The position numbers were made by a program, and so were the translations under genes. 64,000 nucleotides of DNA from Chloroflexota bacterium (GTDB lineage Bacteria > Chloroflexota > Anaerolineae > Anaerolineales > VGOW01): NCBI GenBank assembly GCA_016213135.1, contig JACRBQ010000035.1, forward strand, positions 149,722-213,721, given 5' to 3'. Shown in pieces: positions 61,844 to 64,000 of this stretch; the stretch's first letter is position 1, and each line of letters starts with the position of its first letter. The notes below the pieces were generated by a model. The model saw only the letters and a program-made list of their open reading frames with translations, had not been told where the DNA came from and did not search any database.

Positions 61844-61948
61844 TAGTCCGCCAATGTTAAAACACTGTGTAGCCTAGCGCCTTGTGCGCGTGCGCCGCCC
61901 ACAAGGGGCTAGGCTACAACTATGCGATCCAAACTTGGCGAACTACTA
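61841..61948. mobile_element. 108-bp MITE-like element, copy 2 (intact hairpins)
   Basis: TIRs tagtagtccgccaa / ttggcgaactacta. Inner stem gtagcctagcgccttgtg / cacaaggggctaggctac. Wedged exactly between convergent genes, it supplies both stop codons. Confidence 0.8.
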
Positions 61949-62317
61949 CGGGGCCAGCGCGTCTTTGAGCGCCAGTTCGAGATTCTCGAAGTTCACCGGC
62001 TTGGGCAGGAACACGTTGGCCCCGGCCGAAATGGCGTTGGCGACCTCGATCGTTTGCGCGTCCGACGACACGATGATCACCGGCAGGTTGGCAATGCGCG
62101 GGTCGCGCCGGATGTAGCGCACCACCTCCAGCCCGCTGATTCCCGGCATGTTCACGTCCAGCAGAATCACGTCCGGCAAATCGCCCGAGAGGCGCTGGAT
62201 GGCTTCGCGCGGGCCCAGGCAGATGAGAGGCTCGATGTCGAGCATCATCAGCATTTTGGACAGCACCTCGGCTGAATTGCGGTTGTCGTCTACCACAAAC
62301 GCTTTTTTGGTTGGCAT
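61946..62317 (-). CDS. Stand-alone CheY-like response-regulator receiver
   Basis: Start MPTKKAFVVDDN (ATG 62317). Phospho-acceptor context VILLDVNMPGISG. SSD..KP motif. Confidence 0.85.
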   Translation of the reverse strand: MPTKKAFVVDDNRNSAEVLSKMLMMLDIEPLICLGPREAIQRLSGDLPDVILLDVNMPGISGLEVVRYIRRDPRIANLPVIIVSSDAQTIEVANAISAGANVFLPKPVNFENLELALKDALAP

Positions 62318-62324
62318 GGAAGAA

Positions 62325-64000
62325 TTATAGCACCCGCGCCACAACCGTTCCCATCCCCCGCACGTCATAGCCCGGCATCTGCGCCACTGCGGCCCGATAG
62401 TCCTCGTCGTGCAGCAACGCCAACAAGGGCTGAAGCAAAGGCGATTCGTAAAATTGCTGCGGTATCGCCAGTTCGTATCGCTCGTCGAACAGCGGCACAA
62501 AATCCAGCCCCAGCGCCGCCGCCGCCGAATGGATGCCCAGGCCGCAATCGGCCACGCCGGAGGCCACCGCCGCCGCCACCGCCAGATGCGTATATTCCTC
62601 GCGGTCGTAGCCGCGAATGGATTCGGGTATCAACCCCAGCTTGCCCAACTCAAAGTCCAACAGCACCCGCGTGCCCGCGCCACGCTGGCGGTTCACAAAC
62701 GTCACGTCCTCGCGCCTCAGATCGGCCAGCGTTTGCACCCGCCTGGGATTGCCTGGCTGCACCAGCAGCCCCTGCTTGCGCCCCACCAGCGCCACCAGCA
62801 CCGTGGGCGTGTCGGGCAAATATCGCCGCACATAGGGTACGTTGTATTCGCCCGTGTCCGGGTCCAGCAAATGCGTCCCGGCCAAATGGGCTTCGCCCCG
62901 GCGCAGGGCAATCAGGCCGCCCAGGCTGCCCACGTTGGCCGAAGCCAGCCGCGTCCCCGGCGATCGTTCGGCGAGGAACTGCCCCAGCAGATCCAAAGAT
63001 AAATCGTGCGACCCAATGGCCACCAGGGTGCGATCGATTTCACCGGGCGCGCGGTAGAGGCGTACCGTCACCGCATCGCCCGCCTGCAGCCCTTCCGAAA
63101 AACGCGGGATGCGCACGATGCCGTCGGCGCGCACCAGCGAAGTGATCACCCCGGCCCCGCGCGACAGCGGCGTGGCGATCACGCGGTCGCCCACTTTGCC
63201 CACGGTCACCCGCATGTATTCGTCGTCGCCCATGGGCGAGGCCACCTTGCGGCTGATCTGGGCGGGCAGGGCGATGGCTTGCAGTGGCGCGCGGCCCAGC
63301 CAGCGCGAAAGAATCGGCTCGACGAAAATTTCACCGGTGAGCGCGGCGGAGACCGGGTAGCCGGGGACGCCGATGACTGGAATTGGGGATTGCGGATTGC
63401 TGACTGCGGATTCGATCATCCCCAGGATCACGGGATGCCCCGGACGAACTGCAACGCCGTGGACGAGGAGTGATCCGAGTGTTTCAACCACTCGCGCGGA
63501 AAAGTCCTCACTGCCTGCCGATGATCCCGCGTTCAGCAGAATTAGATCGTGCGTTTGCGCCGCCTCGCGCACCGCGCCGGCGATGCGCTCGAAGTCGTCG
63601 GGGATGATGGGCCAGCGCGCCGCCGCGCCGCCCCACGTTTGCACTTGCGCCGCCAGCACCAGCGAGTTGTATTCGATGATGTCGCCCGGCTTCACCGGCG
63701 TCCCGGCGGGCACCAGTTCTGTGCCGGTGGGGATGACTGCCACCCGCGGCCTGCGGCGCACCTTCACGCTCGCGTGGCCGCACCCGGCAATGGCCCCCAA
63801 ATCCACCGGCCTCAGCGTGTGGTTGCTGGGCAGCACCAGCTCGGTGGCCACCATGTCTTCGCCCATGGCCCGCACATGGCTCCACGGGGCGACGGAGGAT
63901 CGTATTTCGATTGCGGAATGCGGAATGCGGAATGCGGAGTCTGAATCTGGAATTTGGAATTTGGAGTTTGGAGTTGCTACGAGTTGCACATTCTCAATCG
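62325..64000 (-). CDS. MoeA-like molybdopterin molybdotransferase fused to a periplasmic-binding-protein-like domain; 5' end off the window
   Basis: MoeA core AVIPTGTELV..GDIIEYNS..LLNAGSSAGSEDF..VAVRPGHP..GVPGYPVSA. C-terminal PBP-like domain LVAIGSHDLSLD..FVNRQRGAGTRVL. The frame is open to 64000, and the ORF-track Met at 63989 lies inside a repeat insert. Confidence 0.8.
   Translation of the reverse strand, partial: IENVQLVATPNSKFQIPDSDSAFRIPHSAIEIRSSVAPWSHVRAMGEDMVATELVLPSNHTLRPVDLGAIAGCGHASVKVRRRPRVAVIPTGTELVPAGTPVKPGDIIEYNSLVLAAQVQTWGGAAARWPIIPDDFERIAGAVREAAQTHDLILLNAGSSAGSEDFSARVVETLGSLLVHGVAVRPGHPVILGMIESAVSNPQSPIPVIGVPGYPVSAALTGEIFVEPILSRWLGRAPLQAIALPAQISRKVASPMGDDEYMRVTVGKVGDRVIATPLSRGAGVITSLVRADGIVRIPRFSEGLQAGDAVTVRLYRAPGEIDRTLVAIGSHDLSLDLLGQFLAERSPGTRLASANVGSLGGLIALRRGEAHLAGTHLLDPDTGEYNVPYVRRYLPDTPTVLVALVGRKQGLLVQPGNPRRVQTLADLRREDVTFVNRQRGAGTRVLLDFELGKLGLIPESIRGYDREEYTHLAVAAAVASGVADCGLGIHSAAAALGLDFVPLFDERYELAIPQQFYESPLLQPLLALLHDEDYRAAVAQMPGYDVRGMGTVVARVL
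63913..63977. repeat. Nine-unit heptamer array in-frame inside the moeA-like gene
   Basis: gcggaatgcggaatgcggaatgcggagtctgaatctggaatttggaatttggagtttggagttgc. Encodes TPNSKFQIPDSDSAFRIPHSA. Confidence 0.9.

Overview
High-GC (about 65%) window with almost every gene on the minus strand. The repeat families and gene content suggest a Chloroflexota-like anaerobe, but that is inference only. The core is a Wood-Ljungdahl carbonyl-branch and energy-conservation region: acsE, acsB, acsC, acsD, cooS/acsA and the corrinoid activase RACo. It also carries an ADP-forming acetyl-CoA synthetase, malic enzyme, an hdrCBA-mvhDGA operon with hydrogenase protease and dodecin, and a second Hdr-like operon (TrxR-like protein, tandem HdrA, MvhD, giant HdrA-GltD fusion running off the left edge). 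Several unrelated units interrupt this core. (1) An 11.6-kb co-directional locus encodes ECF sigma, a soluble anti-sigma, TPR-CHAT protease, secreted S8 protease and four Tad-pseudopilin-like envelope proteins that carry an unrecognised Cys-bracketed domain. (2) An operon links RACo to an ICMT-type methyltransferase, a QW-motif toroid protein, DUF116-like and deazaflavin-reductase-like proteins. (3) A low-GC glycosyltransferase sits beside a gutted kinase gene. (4) vapBC, an MFS gene, an integrase stub and a tRNA cluster (Cys, Gly, Phe, and Sec on the opposite strand) lie together. At least four short-repeat families are present: 7-nt tandem arrays, GAGACG palindromes, CGACTAAAGTCG elements and a 108-bp MITE-like element. 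Several copies sit in-frame inside essential redox genes. No CRISPR array, rRNA or complete transposase was found.
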